Shown here: positions 10,949-19,976 of the stretch, piece by piece
How positions within the stretch are numbered: the stretch's first letter is position 1
How the letters are laid out: the number at the start of each line of letters is the position of its first letter
Origin: an uncultured Nitrospiraceae bacterium
Lineage (GTDB): Bacteria > Nitrospirota > Thermodesulfovibrionia > Thermodesulfovibrionales > Dissulfurispiraceae
Assembly (NCBI GenBank): GCA_963727805.1
Contig: CAVSHF010000003.1
Location: 1,216,001-1,280,000 of the forward strand
Length of the DNA: 64,000 nucleotides
Reading direction: 5' to 3'
Made by a program: the position numbers and the translations under genes
Notes under the pieces: model-generated
Told to the model about the DNA's origin: nothing
Database searches by the model: none
Seen by the model: the letters and a program-made list of their open reading frames with translations, nothing else

Positions 10949-11554
10949 ATGAGAATATCTGGCGGCACTGCAAAAGGAAGAAAGGTCGGCACACGGAAGG
11001 CCTTTGTCGGTAAAGGTGGCAACGACGAACTGAGGCCGACTGCCGCTAAAGTCCGCGAAGCCATCTTCGACATCATGAGCGAAAGGGTAGTTGGAAGCCG
11101 GTTTGTTGACCTTTATGCCGGTACGGGTGCGGTTGGGATCGAGGCATTAAGTAGGGAAGCCGATCATGTCGTCCTGGTTGAAAATAATGCTACACGAGTA
11201 GCGATAATCAGGGATCTGATCGGTAAATTCGGATTCACTGGACGGGCCTCGGTTGTAAAGACCACAGTTGCTTCATTCCTTAACAAAACCGCCCTTGAGG
11301 CTTACGACATCATTTTTCTAGACCCCCCCTATACTTCTGATGAACTGGACCGGATTCTGCCACTTATCGACAAATCGAAACTGTTGGCAGACGATGGGAT
11401 TGTTATCGTTGAACATTCATCGAAGAAGACTTTGTCGTTTCCTCTGACGAACCTTAAGTGGAAAAAAAACTACCGTTACGGCGATGCATCCCTGACGCTC
11501 TATGAATACATAGCCAGTCCTCCCCTTAGTTTGAGGGAAGGTGAGCGAGGCTAA
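10949..11554 (+). CDS. rsmD: 16S rRNA m2G966 methyltransferase
   Basis: MRISGG, RPT..KVREAIF, DLYAGTGAVGIEALSR, FLDPPY; immediately upstream of coaD. Confidence 0.92.
   Translation: MRISGGTAKGRKVGTRKAFVGKGGNDELRPTAAKVREAIFDIMSERVVGSRFVDLYAGTGAVGIEALSREADHVVLVENNATRVAIIRDLIGKFGFTGRASVVKTTVASFLNKTALEAYDIIFLDPPYTSDELDRILPLIDKSKLLADDGIVIVEHSSKKTLSFPLTNLKWKKNYRYGDASLTLYEYIASPPLSLREGERG
11519..11541. repeat. Short palindromic element embedded in the rsmD 3' end
   Basis: CCTCCCCT-TAGTTTG-AGGGAAGG imperfect inverted repeat, read as the SPPLSLREG tail. Confidence 0.45.
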
Positions 11555-11588
11555 TCGATCTTACTCCATAACAGGAAAGGAAAAGTCC

Positions 11589-12104
11589 ATGAGAAAGAAG
11601 CTCGCCATCTATCCCGGAACATTCGATCCCATTACCAACGGACACCTTGATCTTATTGAGAGAGGATTGCGGATTTTTGACGAGTTGGTCGTCGCGGTCG
11701 CCCCGAGCACCAAAAAGCAGCCTCTCTTTGACCTTTCGGAGAGAATATCAATGATCAGGGACGCCGTCAAGAAATATAAGAATGTGAGGGTTGATTCTTT
11801 TCATGGTCTGCTCGTTGAGTTCGCGCGGGAAAGACGAGGGATTGCGCTCATCAGGGGATTAAGGGCAGTTTCTGATTTTGATTACGAGCTGCAGATAGCG
11901 CTTATGAACCGTCGCCTCGATGTGAACGTTGAGACGGTCTTTCTAATGCCCTCTGAGGAATATTCCTTCCTAAGTTCCACCATCGTTAAAGAGGTCGCCT
12001 CTTTCGGTGGTTCGATAGCCGGCCTCGTGCCCGAGGCGGTCGAGGTTGCCTTACGCGAAAAATACAATATGCTTGAAAATATGGCCGAGGAAGACGGCGG
12101 ATGA
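11589..12104 (+). CDS. coaD: Phosphopantetheine adenylyltransferase
   Basis: AIYPGTFDPITNGHLD, RGLRAVSDFDYE, SSTIVKE. Confidence 0.96.
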   Translation: MRKKLAIYPGTFDPITNGHLDLIERGLRIFDELVVAVAPSTKKQPLFDLSERISMIRDAVKKYKNVRVDSFHGLLVEFARERRGIALIRGLRAVSDFDYELQIALMNRRLDVNVETVFLMPSEEYSFLSSTIVKEVASFGGSIAGLVPEAVEVALREKYNMLENMAEEDGG

Positions 12105-12113
12105 GACAGAGGG

Positions 12114-13940
12114 CTAATCGATCTTCTTCAGCTTCTTAGCCAGGGCTATAGTTTCCCCCAGAAGTACGTCTACCTCATCAAGCCCCTTCCCCCAGAAACC
12201 GGCGTCTCCTATATCGATACCCAGATTACCAAATATATTTTTGGGCGAATCGGATAGTCCCGCCGATAGAAAGACTTTTACGTTGCCGATGAATTTCTGG
12301 TCCTTTTTGACATCGCTCTGGAGCGACTTGGAGATCAAAAGTCCACTTGCGTAAGAATAGACATAGAAGAATGACCGTATGTGCCCCCAATAAATCCACC
12401 AGTTCTCAGAGCCTCGAGACTTCTCGACGTGATCTCCCATATAGCTCGCCATATGGTTCTGAAATATTCCGCCAATATCCTCACTCGATAAATACCCCTT
12501 CTTCCTGAACTTCTCATGAAGTTCCTGTTCAAAGCGATAGCAGGCGACCTGCCTGAAGATCGTCGAAACGTCATCATTCAGTTTGTTCACCATCAGAGCA
12601 AGTCTCAATTCTTCGTCAGCCTCTTTCAGTATCTCTTGAAGTACAAAATCCTCCATGAACGTACTCGCCACTTCAGCAGTCGAAAGGGACGTGCCGAAAT
12701 AGAGGGAATGCTGCCTCTTCCGAATGAGCTCGTTATTGATGCCGTGCCCCACTTCATGTGCCAAGGTCAACACATCGTTTAGAGTATCAGTGTGATTCAG
12801 AAGGATATAAGTTGGGTGAGATATCAGGTGGTGGGCGCAGAAGGCCCCGCTCGACTTACCTTTTCTAGGGAAAACATCAAACTGCCCATTTTTTAGGAAG
12901 GAAGCGAATATCAGAACAAACTCGCTGTCAAGCCTTGCAAAGACTTTTCTGATGAGTTCGACTGCATTCCAGAAAACGAATTTCCTGTCAGCCATTCCGT
13001 ATTCAACGTTCCGCTCATGATACTTCAATTTCTTAACTTTCAGGAGCTTAGCCTTAAACTCGTAAAAACGGACGGGGATATCGAACCTCCTGACTACCGC
13101 CCCAATCAGGGAATCGACCACCGCACTCTCCATATCGTCGCTGATATGCCGAGCAAGATCCGGTCTGGCTATTTTTCTTAACTCGTCGTCCGTCTTTTTA
13201 TTTGCCAGAATTGCATTGATCTCAGCCTCGGCGACAGCGGCATGCTTTGCAAGGATATTGTTGAAGGCTCTAGCCGCCGAATCCCTTACCGCCTTGTTTC
13301 TGCTATTCATGAGGCTCAGTATCTCCGAAAAGGTCTTCCGGGACTTCGCCCCGTCTTCCAAAAGCACGCTTCTTTCTTCCCTGACGAGAAAGCCGGAGGT
13401 CATCTTTACCCAGTTATAGTGAGAGGTCGACGACTTGAGGCTCATGATCTTCTCTTCAGCTTCGCTCAGCAGATATCTCGACTCGGCAAAGGCCCTTTCT
13501 ATAAAATGCCGGTAGTTGGCAAGGCTGGGGTGTTCGAGAAACATCTTCTGTCTGCTTCTCGGGACCTTGCACAAACGCAGATAAAAAAAGCGCATATCAT
13601 TTTCTATCTTTTTGCCGAATTCTTCAATCTTGTTATATTTGGCTTTAAGCTCCGCGGAATTCTGGTCCTGCTGGGTCCGGAGCCAGAAATAATAACCTTC
13701 GTCGCCGTCAGCACCGAGGCGGCGCATCCATCGCTCGTATTCGTCGAGTGCCTGACTGAGGATTACAGGATCTTCAAGATAGTCCTTTCTGCCACGCCAT
13801 GTATCGACAAACCGGCGACTCTCCATCTCGAGTTTCTTCCTCTTCTCTTTGATTCGGGAAGAGTTATCACTCTCAAAGAGAGAAGTGAGATTCCAAACGA
13901 TATTCTTGAGATTGTTCTTCTTTCCGGCCGAAGGCTTCAT
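12114..13940 (-). CDS. pepF: M3 family oligoendopeptidase F
   Basis: N-terminal WNL..LF, GK.SGAFC, zinc motif AHEVGH, AEVASTFME, H....FYVYSYA. Confidence 0.9.
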   Translation of the reverse strand: MKPSAGKKNNLKNIVWNLTSLFESDNSSRIKEKRKKLEMESRRFVDTWRGRKDYLEDPVILSQALDEYERWMRRLGADGDEGYYFWLRTQQDQNSAELKAKYNKIEEFGKKIENDMRFFYLRLCKVPRSRQKMFLEHPSLANYRHFIERAFAESRYLLSEAEEKIMSLKSSTSHYNWVKMTSGFLVREERSVLLEDGAKSRKTFSEILSLMNSRNKAVRDSAARAFNNILAKHAAVAEAEINAILANKKTDDELRKIARPDLARHISDDMESAVVDSLIGAVVRRFDIPVRFYEFKAKLLKVKKLKYHERNVEYGMADRKFVFWNAVELIRKVFARLDSEFVLIFASFLKNGQFDVFPRKGKSSGAFCAHHLISHPTYILLNHTDTLNDVLTLAHEVGHGINNELIRKRQHSLYFGTSLSTAEVASTFMEDFVLQEILKEADEELRLALMVNKLNDDVSTIFRQVACYRFEQELHEKFRKKGYLSSEDIGGIFQNHMASYMGDHVEKSRGSENWWIYWGHIRSFFYVYSYASGLLISKSLQSDVKKDQKFIGNVKVFLSAGLSDSPKNIFGNLGIDIGDAGFWGKGLDEVDVLLGETIALAKKLKKID

Positions 13941-13946
13941 TGGGTG

Positions 13947-15842
13947 CTAATCCTTCAAGGCTGTAGCCATAAGTTTTGAAAGCGCCCTGGAAAACGCAGC
14001 AGGGTCCTTCGGCCGTGAGCCTTCCATCACCAATGCCTGATCATAAAGCAGGCCGGAATATTCTCCGAGCAATACAGTTCCCCCCTCTTTGTCGAAGATC
14101 CCGCTCATCGCTTCGAAAAGAGGATGGTCCGGGTTGATTTCAAGTATCCGCTTTCCCGATGGGACTTCCTGCCCCATCGCTTTCAGGAACTTTTCCATCC
14201 GCGGATCGACGTCCCCTTCGTCGGATACAAGACAGCAGGCCGAGTCCTTCAATCGTCCCGAAAGCCTCACGTCTTTTACATCTTCCTTAAGCTGTTCCCT
14301 GATGAATTCAATGAGCTTGCCGTATTTCTTCTTCTCTTCGTCTTTTGATTGCTTACCAAGCTGTATGTCACCCCTCAAAACCGATTTAAGCTTTTTGCCC
14401 TTGTACTCAAAACCCGAGAAGATCAGATCATCGATATCATCGAGCATGAAGAGGACCTCAAAGTCTTTGTCCCTAAATGCCTCGAGATGGGGGGACTTCA
14501 TCGCTTCTTCGCGTGAACCTCCCCCGATGTAATAAATGTCCTCCTGCCCCTCTTTCATGCCCTGCAAATATGAATCAAATGTCGTATAAGCATCTGCCCC
14601 TGTCTTGGTGGACTGGAAAAGAAGCACTTCCGCTATCGCCTCGCGCCGCACAAAATCTATATGTATGCCCTCCTTCAGGACCCTGCCGAACTCTTTATAG
14701 AACTTCACAAAGCTGTCGTAGTCATTCGTCTTCATCTCGCCCAAAAGGTCCAGAACCTTTTTCGTGATGTTCTTTTTAATAATCTCCACCTGGCTATTGT
14801 TCTGGAGTACTTCCCTGGAAACATTCAAAGGCAGGTCGGAAGAATCCACCACGCCCCTGACAAAACGGAGATAAGGCGGTATCAGGTTCTCGCAGTGCTC
14901 CATTATCTTCACACGCCTTACATAGAGCGTCGGACCGATCTTATAATCCTGATAAAGTATATTAAAAGGGGCCAGAGAAGGGATGAAGAGAAGAGCGGCA
15001 AATTCGGACGTGCCCTCTGCCCTGTAATGGATCACCTTAAGGGGATCGGCGAAGTCGTGGGAGATGTGGCGATAGAATTCATTGTATTCTTCGGTGGTTA
15101 TCTCCGACTTATCCCGGAGCCAGAGTGCCTTGCGGGAATTCAGCACCTCCTCTTCCTTCACTGTTATCTTCTTTCCCTTTTCGATCGAGCTTTCCTGCTC
15201 CCTTTCGACATCCATCACAATGGAGTGTTCGATGAAATCGGAATACTTTTTTACGACACCTTTTATCTCCCATTCATCCAAGTACTTCTTGTCTTCCTCC
15301 TTGATGTGAAGGATAACATCGGTGCCTTTGCTAGCTTTCTCTGCCTCTTCTACCGTAAAGGTCCCATCTGCCGCTGATTCCCATTTTACGGCCTTCTCAC
15401 CTTTCGACCCCGCTTTTCGCGATATGACGGTGAGCCGGTCGGAGACCATAAAGGATGCATAGAACCCAACGCCGAATTGACCGATCAATTCGGGGTTTTC
15501 CTTTATCTCTTTTTCCTGGAGAAATTTTAGAAATTCGCGAGTCCCGGAATGGGCGATAGTCCCGAGTGCCTCGACCGTCTCTACCTTCGTCATGCCGATG
15601 CCATTATCACTCACAGTCAGTGTCCCGGCCTCTTTGTCGACGCTTATCTTTATTTTCCATTCATTTTCAGCTTCCAAGACGTCACTGTCGGTCAGGGACT
15701 CGTAGCGCGCCTTGTCAATGGCATCGGACGCATTGGAAATCAGTTCACGCAGGAATACTTCCTTGTGAGAATAGAGCGAATGGATCATGAGGTCAAGGAG
15801 CTGTTTGACCTCGGTTTTGAACTCCATCTTTTCTGCAGTCAT
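13947..15842 (-). CDS. htpG: Hsp90 chaperone HtpG
   Basis: YSHKEVFLRELISNASDA, DNGIGM, IGQFGVGFY, DLPLNVSRE, LEINPDHP; ATG at 15842 with SD GAGGTG. Confidence 0.97.
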   Translation of the reverse strand: MTAEKMEFKTEVKQLLDLMIHSLYSHKEVFLRELISNASDAIDKARYESLTDSDVLEAENEWKIKISVDKEAGTLTVSDNGIGMTKVETVEALGTIAHSGTREFLKFLQEKEIKENPELIGQFGVGFYASFMVSDRLTVISRKAGSKGEKAVKWESAADGTFTVEEAEKASKGTDVILHIKEEDKKYLDEWEIKGVVKKYSDFIEHSIVMDVEREQESSIEKGKKITVKEEEVLNSRKALWLRDKSEITTEEYNEFYRHISHDFADPLKVIHYRAEGTSEFAALLFIPSLAPFNILYQDYKIGPTLYVRRVKIMEHCENLIPPYLRFVRGVVDSSDLPLNVSREVLQNNSQVEIIKKNITKKVLDLLGEMKTNDYDSFVKFYKEFGRVLKEGIHIDFVRREAIAEVLLFQSTKTGADAYTTFDSYLQGMKEGQEDIYYIGGGSREEAMKSPHLEAFRDKDFEVLFMLDDIDDLIFSGFEYKGKKLKSVLRGDIQLGKQSKDEEKKKYGKLIEFIREQLKEDVKDVRLSGRLKDSACCLVSDEGDVDPRMEKFLKAMGQEVPSGKRILEINPDHPLFEAMSGIFDKEGGTVLLGEYSGLLYDQALVMEGSRPKDPAAFSRALSKLMATALKD

Positions 15843-15900
15843 ATTATACACACCTCTCAATGCAGTGATTTTGTGGGCAACAAATTGCCGGATTAGCTAA

Positions 15901-16068
15901 TCAGAAATTCTGAAAAAGCGGGCGGTGGATCTTGTCCTTCTTGTCCTTTTCCTCTTTCTTCTTTTTCTTGCACCCAGAGGGACGGCACATGTTGCAACGG
16001 CTCGCGCTGCAGCACTGGCAGAACGAGCAGTCAGGACAGGGATGCTTCTTTTGTTGCTCTTCGTTCAT
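15901..16068 (-). CDS. Small Cys-rich protein (55 aa)
   Basis: HPCPDCSFCQCCSASRCNMC..C followed by a Lys-rich tail; TATAAT 7 nt before the ATG. Confidence 0.6.
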   Translation of the reverse strand: MNEEQQKKHPCPDCSFCQCCSASRCNMCRPSGCKKKKKEEKDKKDKIHRPLFQNF

Positions 16069-16236
16069 GATTACTATTATAACGCACTCAATACCCAAGG
16101 TAAAACCCCAATCTCTTCATCTCAGGATTTGACTCTATTTGTTCAAATCCTTTAAACTGCATGATTCCCCTTTTTAAGGATATATCGACAGGCACTATCC
16201 CTGATTGTGTCAAAAATAAATGAGAGGGTTATCTAT

Positions 16237-17724
16237 ATGGACAGCAACGAAATGATTGGCGCTGACACACCAGCCCAGGATATTGAACCGGCAGGACAGG
16301 AGAGCTTTGCCGAGCTGCTTGCAAAGAGTTCTTCGCGAAAGGCTCGGCTTACTCCGGGTGAAAGAGTTAAAGCGAAGGTCGTTGGCATATCAGGAGAAGT
16401 TGTGTACATCGACCTCGGAGGCAAAAGCGAGGGCGTTATCGATACAAGTGAATTCAGGGAAGAAAACGGAAATATTACTGTCAAAGAAGGAGATCAAGTC
16501 GAGGCCTACTTTGTTGCCGTTGTCGACGGAGCTATGAAGATGACAACTCTCGTCCGTGGCCAATCTACGGTCAAACTCGCCCAGTTTCGCGACGCCTTTG
16601 AGTCAGGAGAAGCAGTCATCGGCGAGGTCAAACGAGAGATCAAGGGGGGGTTCGAAGTTTTCATTGACGGAATAAAGAGCTTCTGCCCCTTCTCCCAAAT
16701 TGATCTGAAAGGTGGCCGCGAGGGCGGACTCTATGTCGGGCGCGCATTCCCGTTCAGGGTGATCGAATTTAAGGAAGGGGGCCGCACGATAGTCCTGTCA
16801 CGACGCGTATTACTCCGAGAAGAGAAGGCTGCTGCGGTCAACCGACTGAAGGACTCTCTTCAGATAGGAATGGTGATCGCTGGCAAGATAAGCTCATTGC
16901 AGAACTTCGGTGCCTTTGTCGACATCGGAGGTATTGAAGGGCTGATTCCGGCAAGTGAAATATCATGGGCAAAAAACAATAAACCCGGAGACTTCCTATC
17001 CATCGGTCAGGAGGTAACGGTAAAGCTGATATCAATAGACTGGGAAAAGAACCGATTGACACTGAGTTTGAAGTCAATGCAGCCCGACCCATGGGAAGGT
17101 ATCTCGGAAAGATATCCGGCGGGGAGTAAGGTGGCAGGCCCCATAGTCCGCCTGACGCCGTTTGGAGCGTTTGTTAATCTCGAGGCAGGGATAGACGGAT
17201 TGATCCACCTCTCTAATCTCGGGACCGGCAAGCGCATCAACCATCCCAAAGAAGCGGTAGAAACAGGGCAAATAATTGAAGCCTACGTGCTGTCAGTTGA
17301 TCCTCAGTCACGGAAAATCTCCCTCTCGGTACAGCCAAAATCTGCACCAAAGACGATCACCTATCCCTCCGCTGGGGAAGTTATCGATGGAGAAGTAGAC
17401 AAGGTTATGCCTTTCGGTATTTTTGTCAAAATCGGCGATGGCGTTACCGGCCTCGTTCCCAATTCTGAAATGGGTACACCGCGTGGCACTGACCATACAA
17501 AAACTTTTTTCAAGGGAAATATCATGAAAGTCCTCGTCCTTGATGTCGATCCTGAAAACACCAGGGTTACCCTCAGCAGAAAAGGGGTACTTCATAAAGA
17601 AGAAGAGGATGATCTCAAGAGCTACCGCGATGCATCGGCTAAAGTATCGAAATCGGAAAGCGGCCTGAGCAGCTTTGGAGAACTCTTGAAAGCCCGTCTT
17701 GAAGAAAAAGGACTTAAAGGCTGA
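16237..17724 (+). CDS. rpsA: 30S ribosomal protein S1-like protein (about 5 S1 domains; possibly a second rpsA paralog)
   Basis: Repeated S1 motifs (FGAFVDIGGIEGLI, FGAFVNLEAGIDGLIHLS, FGIFVKI..GVTGLV); N-terminal ESFAELL; C-terminal SFGELLK. Confidence 0.85.
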   Translation: MDSNEMIGADTPAQDIEPAGQESFAELLAKSSSRKARLTPGERVKAKVVGISGEVVYIDLGGKSEGVIDTSEFREENGNITVKEGDQVEAYFVAVVDGAMKMTTLVRGQSTVKLAQFRDAFESGEAVIGEVKREIKGGFEVFIDGIKSFCPFSQIDLKGGREGGLYVGRAFPFRVIEFKEGGRTIVLSRRVLLREEKAAAVNRLKDSLQIGMVIAGKISSLQNFGAFVDIGGIEGLIPASEISWAKNNKPGDFLSIGQEVTVKLISIDWEKNRLTLSLKSMQPDPWEGISERYPAGSKVAGPIVRLTPFGAFVNLEAGIDGLIHLSNLGTGKRINHPKEAVETGQIIEAYVLSVDPQSRKISLSVQPKSAPKTITYPSAGEVIDGEVDKVMPFGIFVKIGDGVTGLVPNSEMGTPRGTDHTKTFFKGNIMKVLVLDVDPENTRVTLSRKGVLHKEEEDDLKSYRDASAKVSKSESGLSSFGELLKARLEEKGLKG

Positions 17725-17812
17725 ATTTTAGCATCCACCTATCTATAGTCATCATATTATCGGAAATAACTATTAGATATAATTCGCCCGTTACGGTTAA
17801 TTTATCAGTATT

Positions 17813-18421
17813 ATGGAAAGTGTAACCGTAACATCTATTGACGCCAGGGGCATTGCCTGTCCCAAGCCCGTGATAATGGCAGAGGAAGCCCTCGCAAAAG
17901 TCAGCGATGGAACGGTTGAGATTCTTGTGGACAATGAGGCATCCGTCGCAAACCTCAAGCGGTTCTCTACAAAGTGCGGCTTCTATGCCGAATCTGCAAA
18001 GGAAGAGAAATACTGGCGCGTCAGGATTGTCAAAGGTTACGTCTGTGATGTCCCGTTGGCCAAAGACTCCCCAAAAGGACTCGAAAAAGACATCCTTGTC
18101 ATTATCGCCTCAGATACGATGGGGAAGGTTGAAGAACTTGGCACGATCCTCATGAAGGGTTATTTCGAGACCATCAAGGTCACGAAGGAGCTTCCCCACA
18201 CCATTATATTTCTCAACGCCGGCGTGAGACTTACTACGGTCAGCGACGAATTCATCCCCCTTCTGAAAGAGATCGAATCAATGGGGGTCGAGATTTTCAC
18301 CTGTGGCACCTGCCTCAAGTATTTCGGTCTTGAATCCGAGCTCAAAGTCGGCTACCGCGGCACAACTAACCATATTGTCGAAGGGATGAAAGAGTTCAGA
18401 AAAACGATCTGGGTTGGATAG
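17813..18421 (+). CDS. yedF: YedF-like selenium/sulfur metabolism protein (TusA/SirA + DsrE-like domains)
   Basis: IDARGIACPKPVI (TusA CPxP motif); LGTILMKGY, FLNAGV, CGTCLKYF. Confidence 0.82.
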   Translation: MESVTVTSIDARGIACPKPVIMAEEALAKVSDGTVEILVDNEASVANLKRFSTKCGFYAESAKEEKYWRVRIVKGYVCDVPLAKDSPKGLEKDILVIIASDTMGKVEELGTILMKGYFETIKVTKELPHTIIFLNAGVRLTTVSDEFIPLLKEIESMGVEIFTCGTCLKYFGLESELKVGYRGTTNHIVEGMKEFRKTIWVG

Positions 18422-18423
18422 AG

Positions 18424-19323
18424 CTACAAATCAAAAAATTGTGCAATCGCTGATTGTTCCTTCTCCACCATAGCCTTAAGATCATCGATATCTTTATCAT
18501 TAAGACCATTCTCATTGAAAAGTCTTTGATGCTCATCGGTCCACTGGCCATCATGGATAACCTGGGGGTAGACAAGATCAGACAAACCCTCTGCAAGAAA
18601 AATCACATTGGAAACCTTTGCATGAGGCCCTGCCAATATGACAAAATGGTGTGTTTCGATCGGGACTATGATTTCTTCGGGAAAACAGAGGTGATCTAAA
18701 AACCACTTTGCGGCCATAGGATGCGTGCATCGAAACACGTTGGCTTCGGCTTTCAGCAGGCCTTCGCCTTTCAGTTTTATCAGATCATGGACTTTCGTAT
18801 CCATAATACTGTCAGAGATTACCTTTAAAAGTATGAGCCTCCCGATGTCGTGGAGCAGACCGGCAAGAAAACAGACACTCCTCTCTTTGCCGGATACTTT
18901 GTTGCAGAGACTCGCTGCAATATTACCGACGACGTATGAGTGGGCCCACATCTGCTTAAAATTGCCGTACTGACTGGCAAACACATTGAAAATGGAAGCA
19001 GCTAGGGAAATGCTCCTTACAAGGTCAAAACCCAGTAACATGACGGCCTGTTCGATAGCGTTGATCTTACCGGGATATCCAAGAAACGCGGAATTTGCCA
19101 CCGCGATGACACGAGAAGCAATGGCTTGATCATGGCGTATAATATCGGAGATATCGTTAATTGAGGTATTGTCCTTATTAAGGGCCTTGACCAGCTGATA
19201 TTTGACTACTGCGAGACTTGGAAGATTCGATAACTGTTGAATTTTATCCCTGACGGGGAAGGCATTTTCCGCATCGGTCTCCATATGATGCCTATCCTCT
19301 CCATTATTCATTTTTGGTCTCAA
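18424..19323 (-). CDS. HDOD domain signalling protein (start uncertain)
   Basis: LPSL, DQAIASRVIAVANSAF, AVMLLGF, WAHS, AGLLHDIGRL. Confidence 0.9.
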   Translation of the reverse strand: MRPKMNNGEDRHHMETDAENAFPVRDKIQQLSNLPSLAVVKYQLVKALNKDNTSINDISDIIRHDQAIASRVIAVANSAFLGYPGKINAIEQAVMLLGFDLVRSISLAASIFNVFASQYGNFKQMWAHSYVVGNIAASLCNKVSGKERSVCFLAGLLHDIGRLILLKVISDSIMDTKVHDLIKLKGEGLLKAEANVFRCTHPMAAKWFLDHLCFPEEIIVPIETHHFVILAGPHAKVSNVIFLAEGLSDLVYPQVIHDGQWTDEHQRLFNENGLNDKDIDDLKAMVEKEQSAIAQFFDL

Positions 19324-19640
19324 ATCCCCAGCCTGTCAGCCATCATCTTTTATAAAAATGAGGACTAGGCACCTTCCCGCTAGCTCTGTTATAAGTATAC
19401 AGAATCCAGGGAAGAAATAATATCTTGCCTTCTCATCGTCCACTCAACCAACATGGCACTTAGTTTGGCGCCGCATTACGATCGAAACGGTCTTTGTAGG
19501 GAATCTTCTTACAAACGTTGACTGCAAAATCTGACAATAAAAACAGTCTTTGCCCGATACCATACATCAACTTAATACATATATATTTGATTATAAATAG
19601 CAGAGATTTATTATTTTTATACTGAGAAAGGAGCATCCCA

Positions 19641-19811
19641 ATGAACTGCCCATGCTTTAAAGAAACATCCGTCGGATTGTGCGACGCTTCAAAGAAGCTT
19701 CGCGTCCCGAGTATCTCCGAAATGGAGATATATTGCTTCAGAACTGCTTTCAGGTATTGCCCATTTTTCACGGGCGAAGCGTTGCTAAAAATTTCGGCCA
19801 AGGTTTTTTAA
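19641..19811 (+). CDS. Small Cys-motif protein (56 aa), absent from the ORF track
   Basis: SD AAGGAG (19628-19633), ATG 19641, TAA 19809-19811; MNCPCFKETSVGLCDASKKLRVPSISEMEIYCFRTAFRYCPFFTGEALLKISAKVF. Confidence 0.65.
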   Translation: MNCPCFKETSVGLCDASKKLRVPSISEMEIYCFRTAFRYCPFFTGEALLKISAKVF

Positions 19812-19976
19812 AAAGCAAGGCCTCGGAGAGGGACCTTCCCTCTCCAGATCTTTTCCACCCCACCCTTTATGGAAGCCGACGGATTTCATTGCTGTCGGGG
19901 TCTCTATTTACTTCTCCTTTCTTGGGATTATTATCTATAATATGCATAACTTATAAATTAATCGTAAGGACCTGCA

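Noticed and set aside
13242..15377. Long plus-strand ORFs (245, 147 and 238 aa) opposite pepF/htpG
   Set aside because: Antisense shadows of well-conserved genes with no recognisable motifs
16080..16110. GCACTC half-site suggesting a CIRCE/HrcA operator for htpG
   Set aside because: The second arm (GAGTGCTAA after N9) is absent
19454..19470. Sigma54-like TGGCAC-N5-TTGG between the HDOD genes
   Set aside because: The -12 element is GG rather than GC; too weak to call
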